Shown one piece after another: positions 49,731-62,558 of a stretch of 64,000 bases of DNA. The DNA lies in contig NC_086108.1 of NCBI RefSeq assembly GCF_963921235.1, forward strand, positions 61,692,001-61,756,000, written 5' to 3'. The notes beneath the pieces are model-generated. The model had not been told where the DNA came from, ran no database searches, and saw only the letters and a program-made list of their open reading frames with translations. Position 1 is the first letter of the stretch. Each line of letters begins with the position of its first letter. The DNA is from Mobula hypostoma. Its lineage: Eukaryota. The position numbers and the translations under genes are program-made.

Positions 49731-51004
49731 GCAAAGCTAACCCACTACGTTCCTTGCTAAGGCAGTCGGTGATACATAATCCTAATTAGATGTCAGAATG
49801 TTCCTTTCTGGTTTTTTTTGACCATTTTTCTACGGAGAATTTGGTTAAAGATTTATTTTCAGGGAATAGTCTGGGAACTTAGGGAGTCTTAATATTTGAT
49901 TTTGTGTCTCCTTCACTATGAAGTAAATAGTGGATGGTAGCAGGAACAGGACCTGGGGGACATTGGAGTGTACTGAGCTACTAAGAAGGTGCTGAGGAAC
50001 CACCTGCAAAAGAAGCAAGTTTCTTACTCTTCTCAACAGGCATGGCAAATGTTACTTTCTAGATTATGCTATTCCCCACTTAACAGAAAGTACAGGCATG
50101 AAATTAATGCAGTTTAAATTACTGAGAGCAGCAATGAGTATCACTTTCTGTGAGACAAATTCTTAATTTCATAACATAGATGATAAACTGTGATTACACA
50201 TCGAGGAAACAGAATATCAATATTATTGAGATCATATCATCATTACTAGGTTCTGTTACAACTTCTTGTTGTGAAACAAGGCAGAAGATCACGCTGAAAC
50301 AAGGAGGGCTCACTCTAAACCCTGGAAACTAAATAATCTGTACTTGGTCATCTCTGAAAATGACGGTTAATCAGATCTTTTATGCTGACTAAGCAAAATG
50401 GAAACATCTATAACTCAGCCTTGATGGGCTGGTTAACGATTTGGAATTCCTACACCCTCTGATGAGATTCAAACTGTGAATGATCTGATAAGCATCGCAT
50501 TGAAAAGGCGTGCCTAATGTCAGCTGAGTTGATTACAATGATGGTAGCAACTGGAAATTTATCAACTGATCTTGATTGAAATAACCACAAAATATGAGGT
50601 TAAATAATAACAAGCTTGGGAAGCTATCCAGCAAAGCTGATTTAATTTCATGATAAATTGTGTGCACACAGTATATTTTTTTGTTACAACTAACCGCCTC
50701 CAAATGGAGGAACAGCCTGTAAAAGAGTTTAGCAGTTTGTGTAAATGTATTCACTAATGTCTGGAGGTTATTAAGCAGAATTTATAATGTAAAACAAGAT
50801 TTAATTATTTGGTGTTAGAATTAAGACAGATTATGAATATAACCAAATAACACAATAGCTCAATTTAGTTTTAACATGTAGTTCTTAAGGGAAATGAGCA
50901 AAGACCCGCAATAAAGCAGATCAATAAAGCTGATCTCAAAAAGGGCCTAGCCTGTTTTCCAAATGCAATTCCTAATATTTATTTAGTGCTTATCTATATT
51001 TTTA

Positions 51005-52860
51005 TCATAGAATCATAGAAATGTACAGAACAGAGACAAAACTCTTCAGTCCACCTCATCCATACCAACCATGAAGCCTGTCTACATTAATCCCTATTTC
51101 CACATTGGACCCGTATCCGTAAGACCATAAGGCCGTAAGACATAGGAGCAAAACTAGGCCATTCAGCCCATCAAGTCTGCTCCACCTTTCCAGCATGGCT
51201 GGTCCTGATCCCACTCAACCCCATACACCTGCCTTCTTGCCGTATCCTTTGATGCCCTGATCGATCAGGAAATGATCAACTTCCACCTTAAATATACCCA
51301 CAGACTTGGCCTCCACTGCAGTCTGTGGCAGAACATTCTAGAGATCCACAACTCTCTGGCTAAAAAACATTCCTTCTTACCTCTGTTCTAAACAGTCATC
51401 TCCCAATTTTGAGGCTGTTCCCTCTAGCTCTAGATACCTCCACCAGAGGAAACATCCTCTCCACATCCACTCTATCTAGTCCTTTCAACATTCAGTAAGT
51501 TTCAATTGGATCCCCCCTGCCCCCCCTGGCATTCTTCAAAATTCCAGTGAGTACAGGCCCAAAACTGCCGAATGTTCCTCATATGTTAACTCCTTCAGTC
51601 CGGAATTATCCTCTTGAACCTCCTCTGGACTCTGTTCAATGAAAACACATCCTTTCTGAGATATGGGACCCAAAACTGTTGACGATACTCCGAATGTGGC
51701 CAAACTAATGTTTTATAAAGGCTCAGCATTATCTCCTTGTTTTTATATTCTATTATATTATTTATATTTATATTTATATTAGATGCTGCCTGGCCTGCTG
51801 CGTTCACCAGCAACTTTGATGTGTGTTCCTTATTTTTATATTCTATTCTCCTTGAAATAAATGCCAACATTGCATTTGCCTTCTTTACCACAGACTGAAC
51901 CTGTAAATTAACCTTCTGGGAGTCTTGCACGAGGACTCCCAAGTCCCTCTGCACCTCTGATATTTGAACCTTCTCTTCATTTAGATAATAGTCCACACTA
52001 TTGTTCCTTTTACCAAAATGTATTATCATACATTTTCAAACACTGTCTTCCATCTGCCACTTTTTTACCCATTCTTCCAATTTGTCTAAGTCCTGCTGCA
52101 ATCACATTGCTTCCTCAGCACTACCTACCTCTCCACTTATTTTCGTATCATGGGCAAACTTTGCCATAAATCCATCAATTCCGTTATCCAAATCATTGAC
52201 AAACAATGTGAAAAGTAGTGGTCCTGACTCCTGAGGAACACCACTAGTCATCAACAGCCAACCAAAAATGGCCCCTTTTATTCCCACTCACTGCTTGCTG
52301 CCTGTCAGACATTCTGCTATCCATTCAAGTATCTTTCCTACAACACCAAAAGGTTTTTATCTTATTAAGCAGCCTCATATGTAGCACCTTATGAAACACC
52401 TTCTGAAAATCCAAGTAAATGACATCCACTGCCTCTCTTTTGTCCATCCTGTTTGTTACTTGGTCGAAGATCTCTAACAGATTTATCAGGCAAGATATCC
52501 CTTTACAGAAACCAGGCTGACTTTGACTTATTTTATCTTTAATCTCCAAGTACCTCAAAACCTCATCCTTAATAATAGACTCCAACACTTTCCCAACTAC
52601 TGAGTTTAGGCTAACTGCCCTATAATTTCCTATACCTTCTCTCTACAAGAACATATTCAAATGCCTTTTACTTGGTGTAATTGTATCTACCTCCATTACC
52701 ACCTTTGGGCGCTGGTCCCAAATATTTACTGACTGTGTGAAAAACTTACATCTCAGAAATTCTATAAATATCGACATACCCTTTCATACCCCCATGGACC
52801 ACCTTAAACTTGTGTGCTCTATTTATAGACTCCCCTGGCTAGGGACAATCAGTCCTAGTC
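51005..52860 (-). mobile_element. CR1 (51120-52630) nested in an older CR1 3' end
   Basis: SQPGFCKG, YLDFQK, SGVPQ, KFAHDTK; (CCATAAGA)-type tail at 51120-51145. Confidence 0.85.
51755..51826 (+). mobile_element. Micro-insertion: AT filler plus 46-bp Penelope terminus
   Basis: AGATGCTGCCTGGCCTGCTGCGTTCACCAGCAACTTTGATGTGTGT matches the Penelope ends at 23.1, 23.8 and 24.5 kb; 21-bp TSD with one mismatch. Confidence 0.85.
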
Positions 52861-54009
52861 TTTCTGTCCATTTACTTCAGAGAAATTATGAAAATTTGTC
52901 TGAAGCATCTGTCTGAGATGTTGTCCACCATGCACCACCAGCTTGTCCTTTTTTAATTATGGAATCCTTCTATCAGTTTGTCACACGATAACATCTTCCG
53001 GAGTAAAATATCCTAGTTATATGCTCATACTTTTCCTGTAACTTATTTCAAATTACTGCTCGTCTGTGATTGTTTTTTTATTTCATAACTTTCTTAGACT
53101 TGTTTTTTTCTTGTGTGCTTTCTTCTTCACTCACACTATCAGAAATTATCTTGGTTAAGCTTATCAATTCATTTGGTAATCTTGGAAACTTTTAAAGAGG
53201 GAATAATGAATTCTCTAAACCTAGCTTTGTAACTCAGCATCTTAAGTAGTTAGTACTACCGACAGCTTTATTTTTGTCAAGAATAATGATGTCCTTCCTG
53301 TGGCTGATGATCTGGAAGAGTAGATTGCCCTCCAAATGGACCGTGCTCTCTATCTGAAACAGCAAAACCCTCTGTGGTTTATATTCGATCTTTCCATTTT
53401 ATAGCAAATGATGAAGCAGCTTAAATTGGATTTTCAACTCATTCATTATGCATAAAGGGAAATAACTCATTATGATGTGAAAATGGAAAGCAAATCTGAT
53501 AAATTAGAATGATACAGTCTTAAGCAACCCTTAAATTGTTGGTCATCTTTGAGAGCTTATTTAATGTTCAACTGAAGGGTTGGATTAAATGACTGCAATT
53601 GCAGAATTTCTGAAGCGCCGCCAAAACCTCCTCTAGGCTTACTCATGGCTGCCAAATGTGTCTCGTTTTTGCTTTAATTAAAGATTTTTTAACACGGTGG
53701 CTAACACCCTCAAGGCATGTTGGAGATATTAACTGTGACGTGAATCTATAATAAATATTCAGATTCTTTTTTCCATTTTATCTACTTTAGCTCCAATCCA
53801 AACTGGAGACTTTCAAAAATCATACATGGAATTACTTAACTTGAGGCTGCAGATTTACCTCGCGATTACCTTGTTCTCTTGGTGAAAAGTGAAATCCCAA
53901 CATGCAGCCATTGTGCTACACAACTCCAAGATCAAGTGATTCAATCACTTGCTTTCTTTCTGGGGAAATAGCACAGAGATTATCAGGACTATTAAAATGC
54001 AGGCAGATT

Positions 54010-54832
54010 GAATAGTGTGGGGAAGTGTATGGCCTTGCACTTTGGTAGAAGGAATGCAGGAATAAAGGCATAGACTATTTTCTAAATTGGGAATGAATAC
54101 AGAAATTGGAGGTGCAAAGGGATTTGGGAGTCGTAGTGCAGGATTCCCTAAAGGTTAGCTTGCAGGTTGAGTCAGTAGTAAGGGAGGTAAATTCAATGTT
54201 AGCGTTCATTTCAAGAAGACTAGAACATAAAAGCAAGGATGTAATGTGGAGATGTTATAAAGGTATTGGTCAGACTACCTTTGGAATATTGTGAGCAGTT
54301 TTTGGCCCCATATCTGAAAAAGGATATGCTGGCTTTTGAGAGGATCATTGCAAGAATTATCCTAGGAATAAAAGGGTTAATGTATCAGTATTGTTTTATG
54401 ACTCTGGGCCGACATTTGCTGGAGTCTACAAGAACTGGGGGTGGGGGGAGATCTAATTGAACTTAGCAAATATTGAAAGACCTAGATAGAGAGGACGTGG
54501 AGAGGATGTTGTCAATAGTAAGGAGAGTCAATGACTAGAGGGCTCAGCCCCAAAATAGAAAGATGTCCCTTCAGAACAGAGATCAGGAGGGATTTCTTTA
54601 GCAGAGCTGAATCTGTGGAATTCATTGCCACAGATGGCTGTGGAGGCCAAGTCACTGGGTATATTTAAAGTGGAGATTGATAGGTTCTTGCTTAATAAGG
54701 GTGTCAAAAATTATGGGAAGGAAGGAAGGAGAATGGGGTTGAGAACAAAAAAAAATCAGCCACCATTGTACAACAGAGCAGACGAAATGGGCCAAATGGA
54801 CAAATTCTGTTCCTATGACTTATTGTCTCATG
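54010..54832 (+). mobile_element. CR1 3' fragment
   Basis: VQRDLGVVVQDSLK..LEYCEQF; CR1 tail. Confidence 0.85.
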
Positions 54833-56744
54833 GAAATTTATCACAACTTCTGGAAGTAACGTATGTCATGAGCCCTGCTGACCTCTGTGGCGTGCCATAG
54901 AGCACTAGGCTTCTAGGTTTCTCAAGCACCTGTATTTACTAATTGTTGCCTTAACTAGAATTGTTATTCCTTGTGCTTTCTGTTTAATTTTGTCAAGTTA
55001 ATTGTGACTGGCATGGGTTTTCCACATCCTATGATTGTTTAAAGTGGACTCACATTTAGCACTCATTGCGGGATCCTAGGACTGAGAATAATTTGTCTTG
55101 CAATGTCACTTTGTCGTGCTACCAATGTTTTGTTGGAAGACCAATGTTAACTTTTGTTTTCGTCTCTTCATGAGAGTTTGGTATTCCTCCTCTCCTGAGT
55201 TCAGTCGTTGCCAGTGCTCACCGTGATAGCATATACCAAGCTAAAGATGGTACTGCAGCTTATTGTATTGATAATTTTCTGCTCTTCTGTAGGAAATGTT
55301 GCAGCCTTTAGCAACATAAAATGACCCCATCAAACTTCTAGTTTTTGAAAACTATTCTCAAAATTTCAAAAAATAAGATACTTTGGTGCATAATAAATAC
55401 CCATTTTAAATTAGATAAAGTCACCACTTTTTAAATTATGAAGCTTTTAAGGACTAAATTAATGTACAAAATGACACCACATTATGAAGGGTGGGTAGCA
55501 TGCATGGAATCCAATCCATATCACATTTTCCCAAAAAGCAAAGTCACGACATTTGCACATGCATCAAGAAATGCAAGTTGAAATAAGTTATAATGTGTAT
55601 GTATTTACTCCTTTCTGCATCAATGAATTTTAATCCACATCTTGAATGCTTGGGAAATAATTTGTTAATTCTGTGAAGGCGAATTTCTGTTACCCAAACT
55701 GCAGTAACATGGTGGTTGTACGCGAATTACCTCTCTCTCATATAATCAAAATGTCTTTTTTTAAATAATTATGTTTTCTAAAAGATTTCTTAATTTTATT
55801 TAATCTTTTATCTCAACATCATGTTTCATTGTATTATTCTTGTTTAGAGACATCCAAAAAATTGTCCTCAATTGGAAATTGGATATGTGGTGGTCTTATG
55901 TGTTTTTAGTGAATTCTTTATTGCGACTGGCAGTTCAGCAAGCTTGATTGCATCTGTTTCCAGATGCCAGAGATTCCCTACAACTGATGTCTGACAGCAA
56001 TGGTATCTGGGAGATGAAATCCAAGCCACACAGGTCCCTATACCTTTGTGGACAGCTTTCACTGAAGTGGATAATGAAGACCTTCTCTTCAATGCAGACT
56101 GCAAGATCTAGGCCAATGGCTATTATTGCAGAGGTTCTGGGGTCACAGAGTGTATTTAATGAAGTAATTAATTCTCTACAGTAATTTAACATTAATTTTC
56201 AGATAAGCCGATTAACCAAGATTATTTATTCATATATGGAATTTGATTATCTGTACAATTATCTCCAGAAACTGGTGAAAGTGGAAGTAACCAATTTAGA
56301 TTGCTACATTTATACTGAATGAGAGGCGTGAACTCTACATTTTTCCCAAACAAATTTTAGCATATGGTATTCAATAGATATGTATTCCTAAACATAAGCA
56401 GAATGAATTTTATCGTGAAGTGCCAGTGGTGGACCAGGAAGTGATGGGCTTTAGGCTTTCCTGTCAGGTTCGGCCTAGTGATGAAGTTCTGCATTGCTGG
56501 AAAGGAATCATTTGAACAATGTGATTCTATGCATCCTCCATAAATGTTCTTTAAATGTCACATTGTGAATTCCTGTAAAAAAAAAGCATGCTATCAAGAT
56601 CAGGAGTTGGCGTGGTTTGTTCTGTTACAGCTGTCACAATGCGGATCCTGCAGAGCCAAGACAAAACTAGAAGTGATCACAGCAAACCCCCAATCCCCCA
56701 GTTGATGTCAGTGTTAGTACCTTTAACTTCTGTGCATTGTGGAC

Positions 56745-57280
56745 CATAACAATATACGAACAAGATATAGGAGCAAGAGTAGGCCATCTGGCTCGTCAAG
56801 CCTGCTCAGCCATTCAATAAGATCATGGCTGATCTGACCATGGACTCATCTCCACCTACCTGCCTTTTCTTAAATATATTTACTGAGGTACCTTCCACTG
56901 TTCCATCGGGCAGAGAATTCCACAAATCCACTACTCTCTGAGAAAAGCTGTTCCTCCTCATCTCCATTCTAAATCTACTCCTCCAAATCTTGAAGCTATG
57001 TCCCCTAGTTCTAGTCTCACCTACCAGTGGAAACAACTTTCCTTCCTCTATCTTATCTATCCCTTTCATAATTTTATATGTTTCTATAAAATCTCCTCTC
57101 ATTCTTCTGAATTCTGGTGAGTACAGTCCCAGGTGACTCAATATTTCCTCAGTCTAAAACCCTCATCTCTGGAATCAACCTGGTGAACCTCCTTTGCACC
57201 ACCTCCAAAGCCAGTACATCCTTACTCAAGTAAGGAGACCAGAACTGCACGCAGTACTCCAGGTGCGGCCTCACCAGTAC
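56745..57280 (-). mobile_element. CR1 3' fragment
   Basis: LGLYSPEFRRMRGDFIETYKI..FSQRVVDLWNSLP. Confidence 0.9.
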
Positions 57281-59987
57281 GACTAACTACAGACTGAAAC
57301 CAGTCTTGACAGATCACCCACAGTAAAGACTTCAGGTATTGTGGGGTGGGCAGAAAACAAGTCGTGCAGAGTGGAAATCATGGAAACACTACCCGCACAG
57401 CAACATCTTTTGGCCTATGCTCCCACTAATTTCCAGGCTTCTGGCTCACCTGAAGGATCCTGCATTTTGCCCTTTATCAGTTCCCAGCTCATTGTGTACA
57501 GCCTTAACACACATAATTATGTTTATCCTCATACAATATTCCTCCCCTATCAGTAGTAACTTAGCTCAACACAAATAAATTTGCACTTAAATAACTGTGT
57601 AAATATAATTAGATCAGGACACTGAGAACAATTTATGCTGAGGATTCAAGAAAGTTTTAAAACAATGCAGGTCTAATCAAAACTAATATACATAGGAGAA
57701 AATGAAAACATCCATTCATAAAACAAAATCTATGTCAATGCACATTATATTAAAGTAGCTTGCAACTTTAAATCTCATGTTTATGCGGCTCATTGTTCTA
57801 TGAAATTTACGAGCTTAACAACAGCTTCTATGAGTTATTCCTCATTACTGACATCTCAGATCAGTCACTACAGACCCTGGACACGCATAGTGGGAGTTAT
57901 CAGCAACCATTTAATACCTTTCTAAGAAAATGATCAAGGCCATAGAGACCAATCAGGTGAAACTACAAATTTGCTGAGGCTGAATTTCCCTGTGATTGCC
58001 TGATGGAAAAATGTAACACTGGAAGTGTGATGTGACAAAAAGAAACATGTGCCTGTGTTGCGACATTCACTGCACTCAAATGGCACTGCTTATAATAAAT
58101 CTGCAAAAATGCTCTTTTATAGCCACAACTTTTTGCAATAGTACCAAGTGTATTATCACCACCCTCCATTCACTGAATACAACAAATTCACTATTCTAAT
58201 CGGGTATTCTGACATTTATGCTGCAGCTTGTTTAGAAGGACATCAAATAGAAACATAGAAAACCTACAGCACAATACAGGCCCTTTGGCCCACAAAGTTG
58301 TGCCGAACATGTCCCTACCTTAGAAATTACTAGACTTACCCATAGCCCTCTATGTTTTCTGAGCTCCATGTACCTATCCAAAAGTCTCCTAAAGGACCCC
58401 ATCGTATCCCCCTCCACACCATTGCCGGCAGCCCATTCCACACAACTACCACTTTCTGAGTAAAAAAATTTACCCCTGACATCTCCTCTGTACTTACTCT
58501 CCAGCACCTTAAACCTGTGCCCTCTTGTGGCAACTATTTCAGCCCTGGGAAAAAGCCTCTGACTATCCACATGATCAATGGTTGAGTGAAAAGGCCGAGT
58601 TCACTCAACCTGTTTTCATAAGGCATGCTCCACAATCCAGGCAACATCCCTGTAAATCTCCTCTGCACCTTTTCTATGGCTTCCACATCCTTCCTGTAGT
58701 GAGGCGACTAGAACTGAGTACAGTACTTCATGTGGGGTCTGACCAAGGTCCTATATAGCCGCAACATTACCTCTCAGCTCCTAAATTCAATTCCACAATT
58801 GATGAAGGCCAATACACCGTATGCCTTCTTAACCACAGACTCAACCTGCATAGCAGATTTGAGTGTCCTATGGACTCGGACCCCAAGATCCCTCTGATCT
58901 TCCACACTGCCAAGAGCCTTACCATTAATACTATATTCTGCCATTGTATTTGACCTACCAAAATGAACCACTTCACACTTATCTGGATTGAAGTCCATCT
59001 GCCACTTCTCAGCCTAGTTTTCCATCCTATCAATATCCTGCTGTAACCTCTGACAGCCCTCCACACTATCCACAACACTCCCAACCTTTGTGTCATCAGC
59101 AAACTTACTAACCCATCCCTCCACTTCCTCATCCAGGTCATTTATAAAAATCACGAAGAGTAAGGGCCCCAGAACAGATCCCTGAGGCACTCCACTGGTC
59201 ACCGACTTCCGTGCAGAAAATGACCCGTCTACAACCACTCTTTGCCTTCTGTGGGAAAGCCATTTCTAGACCTACAAAGCAATGTCCCCTTGGATCCCAT
59301 GCCTCCTTACTTTTTCAATAAGCCTTGCACGGGGTACCTTATCAAATACCTTGCTGAAATCCATATACACTACATCTACTGCTCTTTCTTCATCAGTGTG
59401 TTTAGTCCCATCCTCAAAAAATTTGATCAGTCTCGTAAGGCACAACCTGCCCTTGACAAAGCCATGCTGACTATTCCTAATCATATTATACCTCTCGAAA
59501 TGTTCATAAATCCTGCCTCTCAGGACCTTCTCCTTCAACTTACCAACCACTGAAGTAAGACTTATTGGTCTATAATTTCCTGGGCTATTTCTACTCTTTT
59601 TCTTGAATAAAGGAACAACTTCCGCAAACATCCAATCCTCCAGAATCTCTCCCGTCCCCATTGATGATGCAAAGATCATTGCCAGGGGTTCCGCAATCTC
59701 TTCCCTCGCCTCCCACAGTAGCTTGGGGTACATCTCATCTGGTCCCGGCAACTTATCCAACTGGATGCTTTCCAAAAGCTCCAGCACATCCTCTTTCTTA
59801 ATATCTACATGCTCAAGCTTTTCAGTCTGCTACAGGTCATCACTATAATCACCAAGATCCTTTTCCATAGTGAACACTGAAGTATTCATTAAGTACCTCT
59901 GCTATTTCCTCCGGTTCCATACACACTTTCCCACTGTCACACTTGACAGGTCCTATTCTTTCACGTCTTATCCTCATGCTCTTCACA

Positions 59988-61797
59988 AAGAAGAATCTCT
60001 TTGCCACCTACGACCGACTGAAGGAAAAGGAACTAGCTGAGAGGATTAGAGAGCTAGAAGCTGCTAATGAAGACATGCAGCATGGAGAAGCATGGAGTCT
60101 AGTCAGCGAGATCAGTAGACGGAAGAAGTCCCCATTAGGTCAAATAAGTGGTAAAACAGCAGATACCATGTCCTGACATGGTTTACCCACTTTAAGAACC
60201 TGCTGGGAAGCCCTCCAACGATCACGGAAGAAGAGGAGGACATACCCATGATACTAACGCAAGTCGACATCGATGATGGCCCATCCACCATTGAGAACTG
60301 AAGGCAGCCAAATATGCACTCAAACAGGGCAGAAGCACTGAACCAGATGGGATACCACCAGATGTCCTGAAGAACTGCGACCTGGACGACATCTTGCTGA
60401 ACATATGTAATACGGCACTGATGAAACCAGAACAGTGGTCACTCTCAAACATTATCCCAGTCCCCAAGTATGGATCTCTCACAAAGACAGATAACTACCG
60501 CGGTATCAGCTTGACCTGCATTTTAGCAAAGTTATACAATCGGATGATCCTGAACAGAATTCGCACTGCCATTGACCCTAAGCTAAGATTCAATCAGAAT
60601 GGTTTTCGGCAGAAGTGCACAACAGTAATGCAAATACTTGCTCTCTGTAGGATCATCGAGGAAGTCAAGAAGAACAACCTACCAGCTGTGCTTACTTTCA
60701 TCGATTTTCGCAAAGCTTTTGACTCCATTCACCGAATTAAAACGCTGAAGATCCTGAAAGCTTATGGAGTGCCAGACCATCTACTAAGAGCAATAGAGTC
60801 CAGCTATACCAAAACCATGGCGAAAGTTGTATCACCAGATGGAGAAACAGCAGTGTTTGAGCTCCTAGCTGGTGTGCTGCAAGGAGACACACTGGCACCC
60901 TACATCTTTATAATCGCCCTTGATTATGCTCTGCGTCAAGCTACCAAAGATCATGACAAGCTTGGTTTTACCATAAAACCAGGACGAACCAAAAGGGTCA
61001 GACCAGTTACACTCACAGATCTCGATTTTGCAGTTGACATAGTCCTGCTCTCTGACCAGATGGAGGAAGCACAGCAGCTACTGACAAAAGTGGAAATAGA
61101 ATGCAATAAAGTTGGACTTCACCTAAACGCTAAAAAAACAGAGTACATGGCGTTTAACTGTGATGAAGGTACTCTCAAAACCATAGAGAATGATACCATT
61201 AAGAAAGTCTTTGACTACAAGTACCTCGGGTCAAGAATGATGAGTTCGGAGAAGGACATAAAGATACGGAAGGCGCTGGCGTGGAGAGCTATGAACGACA
61301 TGAAGGAAATCAGGAAGTTGAGCCTGACCAGATGACTTAAAAAGAGGATTTTCATAGCAGTCATAGAGTCCATTCTCACGTACGGATGCAAGATGTGGAC
61401 ACTCACCAAGACTATGCGAAAGTCTCTAGGTGGTTGCTATACACGAATGCTCCGGATGGCTCTTGACGTGAGTTGGCAACAGCACATGATGAACGTCGAG
61501 CTCTATGACAACCTACCGATGCTCACCACTAAAATCGAGGCGAGAAGACTGCAACTAGCAGGGCACTGTCTACGCCACCCCGAGCTACCTGCCAGCCTAG
61601 TCATCATATGGGAGCCCAAGCATGGGAGGATGAACCCTGGGCACCCTCCCAAGACAATGGTCAACACACTCCTAGAAGACAGCGGTGCGGCTAATGTAGA
61701 TGAACTGAACACACTGATGAGGGAGAGGGAGAAGTGGAGAGTCCGTCATCGTGCCCGACGCCGGCCCCCTAGGCCTGAGTCGACGTAGTAGTAGTAG
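59988..61797 (+). mobile_element. Young 5'-truncated RTE-group (RTE-X-like) LINE
   Basis: 313-aa ORF with NYRGISL, QNGFR, FIDFRKAFDS, GVLQGDTLAP, DLDFAVD, YKYLG; LQLAGHCLRH; (TAG)n tail; TSD TCTTCACA at 59980-59987 and 61798-61805. Confidence 0.9.
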
Positions 61798-61940
61798 TCT
61801 TCACATACTTGTAGAATGCCTTGAGGTTTTCCTTAGTCCTGCCCGTCAAGGCCTTCTCATGGCCCCTTCTGGCTCTCCTAATTTCCTTCTTAAGCTTGTT
61901 CCTGTTTGCCTTATAATCTCCTAGATCTCTAACATCCTTA

Positions 61941-62558
61941 GAAGGCGGGAGGCAGCGTGCGCAGCTCTCTGGTGAAATGATATCGTATTTGTAAGTAGGA
62001 TGCCGTGCACAATTCTGATTTGATGGAGACAGACGTGAGAAGGCACAGAGGAACATCTGGAGAAATTTCTGAAATGCCCGGTTCGCTGCTACTGTTACTG
62101 TGCGATTGAGAATCTCTGGAGGGAAGGCCCCAAAATCCCCAGCTTTGCCTGCTGCTGGCGAGCGAGGCTGGGGTCGAAGCGTTCAGCAGAGATGGTGCTC
62201 GGTACTTGGTGTCGGAGGGCTGATCGGAGCTCAAAGTTTTCGGACGACTCAGAGTTGGACTGTGGTCGGGCATGGCAAGGAGAGTTTTCTTCCTTCTCTG
62301 GTCTGTGTGAGATGTGGGACTTTCGAGAGACTTTTACTCTTTTACTGTGCCCATGGCCTGTTCTTCATCAAGTTATGGTATTGTTGCACTGTTGTAACTA
62401 TATGTTATAATTATGTGGTTTTTGTTGGTTTTTCAGTCTTGGTCTGTCCTGTGTTTCTGTGATATCACACCGGAGAAATATTGTATCATTTCTTAATGCA
62501 TGCATTACTAAATGACAATAAAAGAGGACTGCATGTCCTCATAATCTAATCTAATCTA
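61941..62558 (+). mobile_element. Non-autonomous ~620-bp retroelement, copy 2
   Basis: Homologous to 45236-45860; (AATCT)n tail; interrupts a CR1. Confidence 0.8.

Noticed and set aside
49950..50010. 51-nt minus-strand exon (VVPQHLLSSSVHSNVPQ)
   Set aside because: Good acceptor but weak donor (GTCCTG), and the peptide is unrecognised.
50455..50530. CTGATGAG as a hammerhead core or C/D snoRNA
   Set aside because: No GAAA after the hairpin and no convincing terminal stem.
51595..52029. 144-aa ORF with an NINININ insert as a novel fusion protein
   Set aside because: Dead CR1 sequence in which the 93-bp insertion plus TSD happens to keep the frame.
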